DNA of 32,000 nt from Phycisphaera mikurensis NBRC 102666 (GCF_000284115.1 NC_017080.1:1920001-1952000); one strand, 5' to 3'; counted from the stretch's first letter, positions 8,988 through 18,505 are shown. Translations and numbers: made by a program. The notes: generated from the sequence alone by a model not told the origin.

Positions 8988-9911
8988 TCAGGCGAAAAGA
9001 CCCGCTTCCGCCAGCCGCAGCAGCACCGCGACCAGCGGCCCGGCGAGCAGGACCGAGTCCCCCACGTCCATGACGCCGCCGAAGCCGGGGATCGTCCGCG
9101 CGAAGTCCTTCACGCCGGCGGCCCGCTTCAGGGCCGAGGCGAACAGGTCGCCGACCTGGCCGGCGAGACCCAGGACGGCCCCGCAGGCGAAGACCACCCA
9201 GAGGGCGACCTCCGGGAGCGTCGAATCTGCGCCTCCGGCGTCCGTTGCCCACCAAAGCGCCGCGGCGATGAGGCCCGCGAGCGTCATACCGCCGGCGAGG
9301 CCCTCGCGGGTCTTGCCCGGGCTGAGCCAGAGGATCAGCTTGTGGCGGCCGAGGTAGCGGCCGGTGAAGTACGCCCCGACGTCGCAGCTCTTCACGACCA
9401 GCATCGCCAGGACCATGAAGGGCGCAGGCGAGAGCGCCCGGACCCACAGCCACGAACCGGTCAGCAGCCCGATGAAGAGGAAGCCGACGGCGAAGCCGGC
9501 GACCAGCGCGAGGGCTCGCTCGGCGGAGCGGCTGCGGGAGCAGCCGAGGAGCACCGCCCAGCCCATGCCGACGGAGACGAGGCCCAGCGTGACGAGCAGC
9601 GCGTCGGCGTGGCCGTCGCCGGCGGCGGCGTCGCCGGCGTGCCCCGCGGCGAGCGCGGCGGCCCCCACGAGCGCGACGAGCAGGCCCGCGGCGGCGCCGC
9701 CGCCGAGCGTCGCGGCGCCCACGGTCCGCCCGACGGCGGCGAAGAGCACCGCGATCTCGCGAGACGCCCCGTAGGCGAACGGAGCGAAGACGCCCAGCAC
9801 GAGCACGCCTCCGGGCAGCCAGCCGGCCGCGGCGGCCCGCGCGTCCAGCCAGAGCATCAGCAGCAGCCAGGCCACCATGACCACGGAGGAGGGGAGGCGG
9901 TGGCGGAGCAT
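8988..9911 (-). CDS. cdsA: Phosphatidate cytidylyltransferase
   Basis: Multi-TM; VVKSCDVGAYFTGRYLGRHKL...LSPGKTREGLAGG...GQVGDLFASALKRAAGVKDFARTIPGFGGVMDVGDSVL is the CdsA signature. Confidence 0.93.
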   Translation of the reverse strand: MLRHRLPSSVVMVAWLLLMLWLDARAAAAGWLPGGVLVLGVFAPFAYGASREIAVLFAAVGRTVGAATLGGGAAAGLLVALVGAAALAAGHAGDAAAGDGHADALLVTLGLVSVGMGWAVLLGCSRSRSAERALALVAGFAVGFLFIGLLTGSWLWVRALSPAPFMVLAMLVVKSCDVGAYFTGRYLGRHKLILWLSPGKTREGLAGGMTLAGLIAAALWWATDAGGADSTLPEVALWVVFACGAVLGLAGQVGDLFASALKRAAGVKDFARTIPGFGGVMDVGDSVLLAGPLVAVLLRLAEAGLFA

Positions 9912-10006
9912 GGCGGGAGCCTAAAGGGCGGCGGGGAAGCTGCCGGCGACCGCCGAAGCCCCGGAAGGGCGGTGGGGCGCGGAGAGGCCCGTAGTCTCCG
10001 CGCCCG

Positions 10007-11914
10007 ATGCCGGCCGCTCCCTCCCGCCCCTCCCCGCTGCCCGCTCCCGCGCCCGGCGTGCGGCGTCGGCGGGCCGTCGGCGGCCTGGTCCGACGCATCC
10101 CGCTGCTCCTTCTCGCCGCCTGGCTGCCGCTCGCCGTCGTGGCCGCCGAAGCGGCCGACGCCCTCGGGGGAGCCGGCGGCGTGTACGGCGGCGAGGCCCG
10201 CGTCTGGCGCGTCGGCCCGGGGGCCAAGGCCCAGACGATCCGGATCGACACCGGGCCGCTCCCCGGCGCGGGCGAAGCGGCGACGCTGCGCCGCGCGACC
10301 GCCCTGCGTGGCCGCGTCGCGGCCGCGGCGTCGGGCCCGGGCGGTCGCTCGCTCTGGCTGGTTCTCGGCGGCGGGGCGGTCCGCGAGCTCACGGCGGCCC
10401 CGCCCGCCGCCTCCGGTCGCTTCGCGCCGCGGATCGACCTGCGGCCCGCCGCCGACCTCCCCGCGGGCGAGCGGGCGGTCGCGCTGCTCGCGGTGGAGGA
10501 CGGGCTGTGGGTCCTGACGCGGCCGGCCGACGCGGCGGCGACGGCCGGCGGGGCCGCGGCCGAGCCGGAAGCGGCGGCCGTTGCTTCAGGACCGGCCTCG
10601 GAGGCCGCCCCCGCCGGAGACGCCGCCGAGCCCGCCACCCGCTCTCGCGCTATGGAGCTCCGCCTGCTCGGCGTCGGCGGGGCGTCGCCTCCCGCGCCAC
10701 CCGAGAGCCCTCGGCCGGCGACGGCCGGGCCCGCAGAGCCCGCGCCGCCCGCCTCGCTGCTCTTCCTGGGCCGCCAAGGCTGGGAGCGGCACGCCGCTCC
10801 GGGCGGCGCCGGAGCGGAGGGCACCGACGCCTTCCTGCTGCCGGCCGGAGACGCCGCCGATCCCGGCAGGCCCGCGGTGCTGCTGCGCGACGCCGCGGGC
10901 GGGCTGACGCTGCACGACCCCGCCGCGGGCGGAGGCGGCGACGCCGGGGCCTGGGCGAGGCGCAGCCTCGGCACGAGCCCGCCGCTGATCGCCGCGCCGC
11001 TGCCGCTGGACGGCGGGGCGGTGCTGCTGTTCGGCGGCGAGGCGGACGCGGGAGCCTCCGCGGAGATCCTCCGCCCGGCCGCGCCCAAACCGCGCCTCCC
11101 GCTTGCCGACGCGGAGCCCGCACTCGCCGCGGAGGGCCCGCTCGCGGGGGCCTTCGCCGGCAACGGCCGCTGGTGGCTGGCGCGGGAGGCCGATCCGCCT
11201 CCCGCCGGCGCCGCCGCGCCCGCGTGGCTGCGCTGGGCCGCCGAGGCGCCGGCCGAGGAGGGGCTCTCGCTCGTGCCCGTCTCCGCGGAGGGCACCCCGG
11301 GCACGCCGCGGGCGGTGGGCGTCAGCCGCAACCCCGCCGGCGGCATCGCGGCCGACTTCCCGCTGCTGCTGCTCGTGCTGATGGTCGCGACGATGGCGAC
11401 CTTCCTCTTCTGGCGGCGGGACCCCAGGAAGCAGGAGCTGCGGCTCGGTCCCGATCAGCGGCTTGCCACGACGCCGACGCGGCTCGCCGCCGCCGCGATT
11501 GACCTCCTTCCGGGCCTGCTGCTGGCGTGGCTGGCCTTCGGTTCCACGGCCGAGTCGCTCTTCGCCCACTGGCCCGGCCTCGGGCGGCCCAGCACGCCGC
11601 TGCAGACGCTCCCGCCGCTGCTCGTCGTGGGCGTCACCACGCTGCACACCGGCCTCGCCGAGGCGGTGACCGGGCGGTCGCTCGGGAAGCTGCTGCTGCG
11701 GCTGCGGGTGGCCGATCTCGCCGGCGGCCGCGTGGGCTTCGGCCGGGCCCTGCTGCGCATGGCCATGAAGCCCGTCGACCTGCTCGCCGTGCTGCTGCTG
11801 GTGCTCCCGCTGATCAATCCGCACCGCCAGCGCTTGTGCGATTTGGTCGCGGGCACGGTGGTGCTGGGGCCGGCGGGCTCCGACGCGGACCGGGGCGCGT
11901 CGCCGGGGCCGTGA
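10007..11914 (+). CDS. Large extracytoplasmic (propeller-like) domain fused to RDD-family membrane domain
   Basis: 635 aa. N-terminal TM; repeated GG/VLLFGG-type segments; C-terminal ATTPTRLAAAAIDLLPGLLLAW...AVTGRSLGKLLLRLRV...NPHRQRLCDLVAGTVVL, an RDD-type core. Confidence 0.78.
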   Translation: MPAAPSRPSPLPAPAPGVRRRRAVGGLVRRIPLLLLAAWLPLAVVAAEAADALGGAGGVYGGEARVWRVGPGAKAQTIRIDTGPLPGAGEAATLRRATALRGRVAAAASGPGGRSLWLVLGGGAVRELTAAPPAASGRFAPRIDLRPAADLPAGERAVALLAVEDGLWVLTRPADAAATAGGAAAEPEAAAVASGPASEAAPAGDAAEPATRSRAMELRLLGVGGASPPAPPESPRPATAGPAEPAPPASLLFLGRQGWERHAAPGGAGAEGTDAFLLPAGDAADPGRPAVLLRDAAGGLTLHDPAAGGGGDAGAWARRSLGTSPPLIAAPLPLDGGAVLLFGGEADAGASAEILRPAAPKPRLPLADAEPALAAEGPLAGAFAGNGRWWLAREADPPPAGAAAPAWLRWAAEAPAEEGLSLVPVSAEGTPGTPRAVGVSRNPAGGIAADFPLLLLVLMVATMATFLFWRRDPRKQELRLGPDQRLATTPTRLAAAAIDLLPGLLLAWLAFGSTAESLFAHWPGLGRPSTPLQTLPPLLVVGVTTLHTGLAEAVTGRSLGKLLLRLRVADLAGGRVGFGRALLRMAMKPVDLLAVLLLVLPLINPHRQRLCDLVAGTVVLGPAGSDADRGASPGP

Positions 11915-12024
11915 CGCTGCGTTGGCTCCGGCGACGGCCCGGCCCCGGTGGCGCGGCCGGCGGGCTCGCGATCCGGCCGTCATCGGGGCTGCCGCCGCGA
12001 GGGCGAGCCCCGGACGCTGGGTCG

Positions 12025-12053
12025 GGCGTCGGCGTCAGCCCGCCGCCGACGCC
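12025..12053. terminator. Perfect 10-bp stem hairpin at the acpH 3' end (candidate rho-independent-like terminator lacking a U tract)
   Basis: GGCGTCGGCG (12025-12034) / CGCCGACGCC (12044-12053), 9-nt loop; a second 7-bp stem CGGGGCT (11984-11990) / AGCCCCG (12006-12012) lies just outside, between convergent genes. Confidence 0.4.
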
Positions 12054-12649
12054 TCCCCGAGCACGTCTTCGCGCTGCAGCCGGGCCATCAATTCCGGCAG
12101 CAGCCGGTCCAGGTCCGCCGCGTGCTCGGTCGCGATCTCCGCGGCCGGCGTCAGGTCCACCGGCCGGTGCAGCCGCTGCGCGAAGTGCCCCGACATCTGC
12201 CCGAAGGTCGCGAGCAAGCCCGCCCGGCTCGCGTACCGCAGCAGCCAGCCCTGCCGCAGCATGCGGCGGCACGCGGCCCGCATGCGCGGCGGCATGTGGC
12301 CGCGGCCGGCGTAGAGCCCGCCGTGGTAGCGGCGGATCGCTTCCTCCAGCGGCAGCGGGTGCAGCCCGGGCCACGCCCGGCACAGCGCGGCGTCGAGGCA
12401 GACGTCCGCGGCGATGCCGGCGAACCGGCCCAGCCGCGGGCGGAAGAACGCGGCCGCCTCGAGGAAGGCGGGGTGGGCGTCCGTCGCCCGGTCGATGCGG
12501 CGGTGCCGCCGCACCTGCGAGCAGACGGCCGGCGGCAGGCCAAGCGGCAGCGGCCCGCGGACCAGGTCGGGCATCAACGCGCCCACCAGCGCAGCCGGCT
12601 CCGCCACGCCGCGGGGCCGGGCCAGGTACAGGTGCGCGAGGAAGTTCAC
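12035..12649 (-). CDS. acpH: Acyl carrier protein phosphodiesterase-like protein
   Basis: 204 aa: MNFLAHLYLARP...ALVGALMPDLVRG...RHRRIDRATDAHP...FRPRLGRFAGIAADVCLDAAL, matching the AcpH/YajB family pattern. Confidence 0.85.
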   Translation of the reverse strand: MNFLAHLYLARPRGVAEPAALVGALMPDLVRGPLPLGLPPAVCSQVRRHRRIDRATDAHPAFLEAAAFFRPRLGRFAGIAADVCLDAALCRAWPGLHPLPLEEAIRRYHGGLYAGRGHMPPRMRAACRRMLRQGWLLRYASRAGLLATFGQMSGHFAQRLHRPVDLTPAAEIATEHAADLDRLLPELMARLQREDVLGEASAAG

Positions 12650-12824
12650 CGGCCCGCAGTGTGGCCGGTGGAGCGGCCGCGTGGGCCGCCGATGGGACGG
12701 CGGGCCCGCGGTCGGCTAAAACCTAGACGCACGCGCGGCCCAGCGCGGCGCGGCCACGCCGCGCCGGGCCGCTTCCGGTCCCCGTCCTCCGGGCGGTCGG
12801 CCCCCCCACCCCGACGGAAACGCC

Positions 12825-15677
12825 ATGCCCGACGTGAGCTTTGACGGACATGCCTTCCTCGTGGAGCGTCGCCGGGTCTTCCTCGTCGGCGGCACGGTGC
12901 ACCACGCCGCCAGCCCCGCCGCCGAGTGGCCGCGCCGGCTCGCCGCCGCGCGTCGCGCCGGCCTCAACTGCATCGAGACCGCGGTGCCCTGGCTGCTGCA
13001 CGAGCCCGCTCCCGGCGAGTTCGACTTCTCGGGCCGGGCCGATCTCGCCGCTTTCCTCCGCCTCGCCGGCGAGGCGGGGCTCTTCGTCCGGCTGCGGATG
13101 GGCCCGTACGTGGGCGCCGGCTTCGGCGGCGGGGGCCTGCCGGCCTGGCTGCCCGAGGTGCCGATCACCAAGAAAAGCGGCCCGATGAAGGCCCGCGAGT
13201 CCAGCGATCCCTTCATGGCCGCCTGCACGCGCTGGTACACCCGGCTGATGAAGGAGGTGGCGCCGCTGCAGGTCAGCGCCTCCCGCGTGGGGGACGCGAC
13301 GCCGGCCGCGTCGCGGGCCGACGCGGCGCTGGGCCCGGCCGCGGGCTACCGCGGCGAGGGTGGCGGGCCCGTGCTCGCGATGCAGAGCGAGCACCGCTGG
13401 CTGTGCCACTCGCCCGCCGAGCACGCCAACTACCACCGCACGCTGATCCGCTTCCTGCTCGAGGGCGGCGCCCGGGTGCCGATCACCGCGGCGAACCAGC
13501 TGTGGCAGCCCGTCGACGGGGCGGTGCAGACCTGGTCGAGCACCGCCGGCGCCGGCTCGGCCGACGCCGAGACCGGGCTGGCGGGCACCGCCCGCCAGCT
13601 CGCGGGCGTTCAGCCGGGGCGGCCGCGGATCGTCGAGATTCTGCCCGGTCCGGCCGCGCCGTCCGCGGGCGACGAGCTCGCCGCCGCCGCCGAGGTGCTC
13701 GCCGTCGGCGCGATGCCGCACCTGGGCGCCTTCGGCGGCGGCCGGAGGCTCGGTTTCGACGGCGGGCTCGACGCCGACGCCGACCCGGCCGGCGACCTGA
13801 TCGACTCCGCCGGCCGGCCTCGCGACGGCTTCCACGCCCTCCGCCGGCTCCTCTGCTTCGCCTCCTGCTTCGGCAACGCGCTGGGGCAGGCCGAGCCCGC
13901 GGCCCCCACGCCCGTGCTGCGGCCACGCTCTGTGGGCGCCGGCGTCACGCTCCTGCCGGTGGGCGGCGAGGCCGGTGGGGCGCTGTTCCTCTTCGCGGGC
14001 TCCGAGCAGAAAGCCGACGCCGCCGAGGTGCTCCTGCCCGATGGCCGCACCCTGCGCGTCCCCCTTGGCGAAGACCGGCTGGCCTGGGTGGCCCGCGACC
14101 TCCGGCTTGGCGCGAAGGGCCGCATCGGCCACGCCACGCTCCCGCTGGTGGGCTTCTTCCACGATGCGCTGCTCGTGCTCGTGGGCCCCGCCGGCAAGGA
14201 GGGCGAGCTCGAGCTCAACGGCGCCCTCCACCGCCTGCCCGTCCCCGCCAAGGGTGATGCCGAGCCCGCGGTCGTGCCGCTTGGCGCCGGCGTCCACGCC
14301 GTCGTGCTCAACGAGCAGCAGCACGAGGGCTTCGCCGTCGTGGCCGAGGGCGTCTGCCTCGGCGTGGACCCCTTCGAGGCGCCCGCCGAGTCCGCCGACG
14401 CCGACCCCGCCGAGGCCGCCGACGCTCACCGCGTCGTGCCCGCGGCCGCCACGCTGCGCCCCGCCGCGGGCCGCACCTCCCGCTTGGTGGTGGGGGTCGG
14501 CGGCGGCGTCGAGACCACCGAGCAGGTGGCCCCGCGTCGGCCCCCGGCGCCCAAGCTCGGCGCCTGGGCCGCCCGCGGCACCTCCGCCGAAGCCGACGGC
14601 ACCGCCGCGGGCTACAAGCCGGTGCCCGCCGTGGGCACGCCCGCCCGGCACGATCCGGCCCGCGGCGACGCCTACGGCTGGCTCACGCTCGACAACCCCG
14701 GCGCCGCCGCCGCCCGCACCGAGCCCACCGTCTTCCCCGGCGGGCCCTGCCGCCTGCACGTCTTCAGCGACGGAAAGCCCGTCGCCGTGGTCGGCCCCGG
14801 CGGCGACGGCGCCCGGTGCGACCCCCCCGAGGTCGCGCTCGGGGGCCGCACCGCCTTCCTCGTCGCCGGCGGCGTCCGCCCCTCCGGCGGCCTCCCCCAG
14901 GACCAAGCCCCCGGCCTCGCTGCCCCGCCCGTGAGCCTCAAGGAGGTCGAGCTCGGCGAGCCCGAGGTCACGACCACCCGCGCCCCCGATCCGTTCAAGA
15001 TCTCGGGCTACGTGCCCGGCCGCAGCAGCGAGGACGCTCCGCTGGGCTCGCGTGTGGCCTACGGGGTCAAGCTGCTCGGCAAGAAGCCGCTGTTCCTGCG
15101 GGGCCCGGTCCCGGCGGCCGGCACCGTCGTGCTCAACGGCACCCCCGTCGCCCGCTTCGGCCCCGACGCCGGGGCCTGCCCGCACTGGCGTATCGACCCC
15201 GCCGCCGAGGGCAGCAAGATGAAGGCCGGCACCAACGAGCTGGTGTTCCACTTCGACGCCGTGCTCGCGGACCCGGTCGCTGCTCTTGGCGCGCTCCGCG
15301 CCTGGCGCGAGGAAGCCGACCGCACCCCCTCGGGCAAGGGCGTGTGGAGCTTCTGCCCGTGGCGCGTCCCCGGCTTCGAGGGCGACGCGCCCAAGCCCGC
15401 CGCCGGCCTGCCCGTTTGGCACCGCTGCACCTTCTCCTCGAAGCGGCTGGATTTCCCGCTGTTCCTCGAGCCGGTCGGCCTCACCCGCGGCGTCGTGCTG
15501 CTCAACGGCCACGCCGCCGCGCGCTACCGCGTGGCCGGCCCCGGCGAGAAAGCACCGCCCAAGCCCGCGCCGATCCACCTGCCCACCGGCTGGCTCTCGG
15601 CCACCGGCGAGAATGAGCTGGTCCTGTTCGACGAGCACGGCGCCTCGGCCTCGAAGGCCAAGCTGCGTTGGGGCTGA
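12825..15677 (+). CDS. GH35 beta-galactosidase-like protein with altered active-site motif
   Basis: 950 aa: FLVGGTVHHAASPAAEWPRRLAAARRAGLNCIETAVPWLLHEPAPGEFDFSGRADLAAFLRLAGEAGLFVRLRMGPYVGAGFGGGGLPAWL; overall GH35-like N-terminal barrel. Confidence 0.8.
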   Translation: MPDVSFDGHAFLVERRRVFLVGGTVHHAASPAAEWPRRLAAARRAGLNCIETAVPWLLHEPAPGEFDFSGRADLAAFLRLAGEAGLFVRLRMGPYVGAGFGGGGLPAWLPEVPITKKSGPMKARESSDPFMAACTRWYTRLMKEVAPLQVSASRVGDATPAASRADAALGPAAGYRGEGGGPVLAMQSEHRWLCHSPAEHANYHRTLIRFLLEGGARVPITAANQLWQPVDGAVQTWSSTAGAGSADAETGLAGTARQLAGVQPGRPRIVEILPGPAAPSAGDELAAAAEVLAVGAMPHLGAFGGGRRLGFDGGLDADADPAGDLIDSAGRPRDGFHALRRLLCFASCFGNALGQAEPAAPTPVLRPRSVGAGVTLLPVGGEAGGALFLFAGSEQKADAAEVLLPDGRTLRVPLGEDRLAWVARDLRLGAKGRIGHATLPLVGFFHDALLVLVGPAGKEGELELNGALHRLPVPAKGDAEPAVVPLGAGVHAVVLNEQQHEGFAVVAEGVCLGVDPFEAPAESADADPAEAADAHRVVPAAATLRPAAGRTSRLVVGVGGGVETTEQVAPRRPPAPKLGAWAARGTSAEADGTAAGYKPVPAVGTPARHDPARGDAYGWLTLDNPGAAAARTEPTVFPGGPCRLHVFSDGKPVAVVGPGGDGARCDPPEVALGGRTAFLVAGGVRPSGGLPQDQAPGLAAPPVSLKEVELGEPEVTTTRAPDPFKISGYVPGRSSEDAPLGSRVAYGVKLLGKKPLFLRGPVPAAGTVVLNGTPVARFGPDAGACPHWRIDPAAEGSKMKAGTNELVFHFDAVLADPVAALGALRAWREEADRTPSGKGVWSFCPWRVPGFEGDAPKPAAGLPVWHRCTFSSKRLDFPLFLEPVGLTRGVVLLNGHAAARYRVAGPGEKAPPKPAPIHLPTGWLSATGENELVLFDEHGASASKAKLRWG

Positions 15678-15721
15678 GCCCGCCGGGGCTGCCGGATCCC
15701 GCCCGCCCTACGCTCCCGAAG

Positions 15722-16039
15722 ATGCCCGAATCCTCCGCCTCCAAGACCAAGCTCGAGGTCGTCGAGCCCATCGGCGCCCGCGTGCTGATCCGCAAGGACG
15801 AGGACCGCAAGACCACCAAAGCCGGCATCCACCTCCCCGACAAGATCGAGATTCCCACGATCACCGGCCGGATCGTCACCGTCTCCGCGGAGGTGGACAA
15901 CGACGACGACTACCCGCTGAAGCAGTACGACCGCGTGCTCTTCAACCCCAAGGGAGCGATCCCGGTCGAGTTCGAGGGCGACAACCGGCTCTTCGTCGTC
16001 CCCGTCGAGAACGTCGTGGCCGTCTTCCGCAGCCGGTGA
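15722..16039 (+). CDS. GroES/Cpn10-family co-chaperonin homologue (solo)
   Basis: 105 aa: LEVVEPIGARVLIRKDEDRKTTKAGIHLPDKIEIPTITGRIVTVSAEVDNDDDYPLKQYDRVLFNPKGAIPVEFEGDNRLFVVPVENVVAVF. Confidence 0.82.
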   Translation: MPESSASKTKLEVVEPIGARVLIRKDEDRKTTKAGIHLPDKIEIPTITGRIVTVSAEVDNDDDYPLKQYDRVLFNPKGAIPVEFEGDNRLFVVPVENVVAVFRSR

Positions 16040-16044
16040 GCCGC

Positions 16045-16088
16045 GGGGCCCGCCGGGGCCCGAGACCTCGGACGGGGCCGGCGGCCCG
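16045..16088. terminator. GC-rich stem-loop between convergent genes, candidate terminator
   Basis: GGGGCCCGCCGGGGCCC (about 16045-16061) can pair with GGGGCCGGCGGCCC (16074-16087) with small bulges; located between GroES (+) and rhamnosidase (-) stops; no T tract. Confidence 0.3.
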
Positions 16089-16111
16089 GTGGCTCGGAGC
16101 GAGCGGGCGGT

Positions 16112-18505
16112 TCACCCGCGCCGCGGCAGCGGCACCCGGAAGGCGTGCCGCCCGGGCGCGAGCTCGCGCTCCGCGCCGCCCTCGCCCACCGCCACCGCCG
16201 GGCACCCCTCCGGCACCACGCACCGGACCGCCGCGTGATCGCCGTCCACCCGCCAAACCACCTCCGCGCGGCCTCGTGGCGTGTGGAGCGTCGTCGTCGC
16301 GTGCGCCAGCCGCCGGTCCGGCCACGGCCGCACCCGCAAGCGCGGGCCGGCCTCCCCGTGGGCAAAGTCCAACCCGCCCACGCGCCGGTAGATCCAATCG
16401 CCCACCGCGCCGTAGGCGTAGTGGTTGAGGCTGTTCATCGTCAGGTCCACGAAGCCGCGCTCGGGGTGCCAGCTGTTCCACCGCTCCCACATCGTCGTGG
16501 CGCCCAGCGTCACCGGGTACAGCCAGCTCGGGTAGGTCTCCTTCAGCAGCAGGTCCACCGCCAAGTCGGTGCGGCCGCCCGCCTCGAGCACCGGGCACAA
16601 GAGCGGCGTGCCCAGGAAGCCCGTCGCGAGGTGGTGGTCACGCTCCGCCAGCAGGTCCAGGAGGTCGGCGAAGACCGCCGGCCGCGCCGCCTCGGGCACG
16701 AGGCCGAAGCCCAGCGCAAGCAGGTGCGCCGTCTGCGAGCGGGCCGTCAAGCGGGCGCCGCGGAGGTAGCGCCGCGCGAACGCCGCCCGCGCCGCCGTGG
16801 CGTCCGCCGCCGCCTCGGCGCGCTCGGCTTCGTGCCCGAGCACGCCCGCGACGCGGCCGAACACGTCCAGCGCGTTCGCGAAGAACGCCGCGGCGATCAG
16901 CGGGCGCGGCGTGCCGCTGGATAGGGGCGAGGCGGCGTCGCCATCGAGCGCCAGCCAGTCGCCGAAGCCCCCGAAGATGCCGTGGGCGGCCGGGTCGCGG
17001 AAGCCGCCCTCGCTGGTCCGCCTCTGGAAGTCGATCCAGCGGCGCGCCAGGTCCCAGCTCTCCGCCAGCCGCGCCTTGTCGCCGTAGGCGCGGTACGCCG
17101 CCCAGGGCACGGTCACCGCGGCGTCCGACCAGCCCGGCCCGCCGTCCTCGCGGTCGAGGACGTTGGGCACCACCGCCGGAACCGCACCCGCCTGCGGGCC
17201 CTCCCGCAGCTGCGCGTCCCCCACGTCGCGCATCCACTTGGTGAGGAAGCCCGACACGTCGCGGTGGAACGTCGCCGTCGGTGCGAAGACCTGGATGTCG
17301 CCGGTCCAACCCAGCCGCTCGTCCCGCTGCGGGCAGTCCGTGGGCACCTCCAGGAAGTTGCTCAGCAGGCCCCAGCCGATGTTCTCGTGCAGACGCTGCA
17401 GCAGCGTGTGGCCGGTTTGGAAGGTGCCGGTGCGGGGCATGTCGTTCGCCATCACCAGGCCGGTGAGGCTGCCAGCGTCCGGCGGATCGGCTCCGCCCGT
17501 GCCCGCCGCCGCGTGACGCGGGATCCCCCAGGACACCTCCGCGTAGCGGAAGCCGTGGAAGGTGAAGCGCGGCGTCCACGTCTCACCCGCCGGGTCGCCG
17601 CGGAGCACGTAGCCGTCGGTCGCCCGGGCGCTCCGCAGGTTCGAGACGTCCAGGTTGCCCGCCGGATCGAGCGCCTCGGCGAAGCGAATCCGGACCGCCA
17701 GACCCGCCGGCCCCCGAACGCGCAGCCGCGTCTTGCCCGTGAAGTTCTGCCCGAAGTCGAAGGCCCACGCCTCCCGGCCGTGCCCCGCCGCGACCTTCCG
17801 GGGTGCGGCCACCGGCGTCAGCTCCGCCACCACCCGCACCGGCGGGGCGGGGTTGTCGAAGATCCGCTCGGGCTCCACCGGCGGCCGGATCGCCTCCACC
17901 GGGCACCAGCTCGCCGAGCCGCCGCCGCCCGGCGTCGACCAGCCCGGGACCTCCCGCAGCGCGTCGTGGTGCTCGCCGTCGATGAGGTCCGCCGCCCGGA
18001 TCGGCCCCTCGGCCCACCGCCAGCCGTCCCCTTTGCCGCCGTTCGCCGCCGGGGGGCGGGTCGTCAGCACCCGCACGCGGCCGTCCGCCTCGTCCAGCAC
18101 CAGCGCCGCCCGCAGCGCCGGCCGCTGGCCCCAGAGCTGCCCGCGGTCCAGGTGCGCCACCCGCCCGGCGTACCAGCCGTCGCCGAGCACCGCCCCGAGC
18201 GTGTGGTCCCCCGCGTCCAGCCGCGCCGCCAGGTCGTGGCGCTGCACGTGGACGCGGTGGCCGTAGTCCGTCCAGCCCGGCTGCAGGAGGTCCACGCCCA
18301 GCCGCTGCCCGTCCAGCTCCGCCTCGTAGACGCCCAGCGCCGTGATCCAGAGCGTCGCGTGCCGCGGCCGGGCCGCCAGCGTGAAGTTCAGCCGCATCAG
18401 CGGGGCCGGCACCCCCACCATCGCCGTCCCGCGGATCGGCGTGCCCACCCAAGCCGCCTGCGCGAGCGCCGCCCGCCCCGTGTCGCCGGCCGGTGAGGGT
18501 CCCAT
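16112..18505 (-). CDS. Alpha-L-rhamnosidase, GH78-like
   Basis: 797 aa from ATG at 18505: ...LWITALGVYEAELDGQRLGVDLLQPGWTDYGHRVHVQRHDL...NFTGKTRLRVRG...HGFRYAEV...EVPTDCPQRDERLGWTGDIQVFAPTATFH...TTMWERWNSW...SLNHYAYGAVGDWIYR. Confidence 0.92.
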   Translation of the reverse strand: MGPSPAGDTGRAALAQAAWVGTPIRGTAMVGVPAPLMRLNFTLAARPRHATLWITALGVYEAELDGQRLGVDLLQPGWTDYGHRVHVQRHDLAARLDAGDHTLGAVLGDGWYAGRVAHLDRGQLWGQRPALRAALVLDEADGRVRVLTTRPPAANGGKGDGWRWAEGPIRAADLIDGEHHDALREVPGWSTPGGGGSASWCPVEAIRPPVEPERIFDNPAPPVRVVAELTPVAAPRKVAAGHGREAWAFDFGQNFTGKTRLRVRGPAGLAVRIRFAEALDPAGNLDVSNLRSARATDGYVLRGDPAGETWTPRFTFHGFRYAEVSWGIPRHAAAGTGGADPPDAGSLTGLVMANDMPRTGTFQTGHTLLQRLHENIGWGLLSNFLEVPTDCPQRDERLGWTGDIQVFAPTATFHRDVSGFLTKWMRDVGDAQLREGPQAGAVPAVVPNVLDREDGGPGWSDAAVTVPWAAYRAYGDKARLAESWDLARRWIDFQRRTSEGGFRDPAAHGIFGGFGDWLALDGDAASPLSSGTPRPLIAAAFFANALDVFGRVAGVLGHEAERAEAAADATAARAAFARRYLRGARLTARSQTAHLLALGFGLVPEAARPAVFADLLDLLAERDHHLATGFLGTPLLCPVLEAGGRTDLAVDLLLKETYPSWLYPVTLGATTMWERWNSWHPERGFVDLTMNSLNHYAYGAVGDWIYRRVGGLDFAHGEAGPRLRVRPWPDRRLAHATTTLHTPRGRAEVVWRVDGDHAAVRCVVPEGCPAVAVGEGGAERELAPGRHAFRVPLPRRG

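Noticed and set aside
8782-11346. 854-aa minus-strand ORF
   Set aside because: Crosses cdsA and runs opposite the RDD gene; low-complexity Ser/Pro/Arg/Ala sequence typical of high-GC artefact frames.
12723-15638. 971-aa minus-strand ORF
   Set aside because: Antisense shadow of the GH35-like gene in very high-GC DNA; no family motif.
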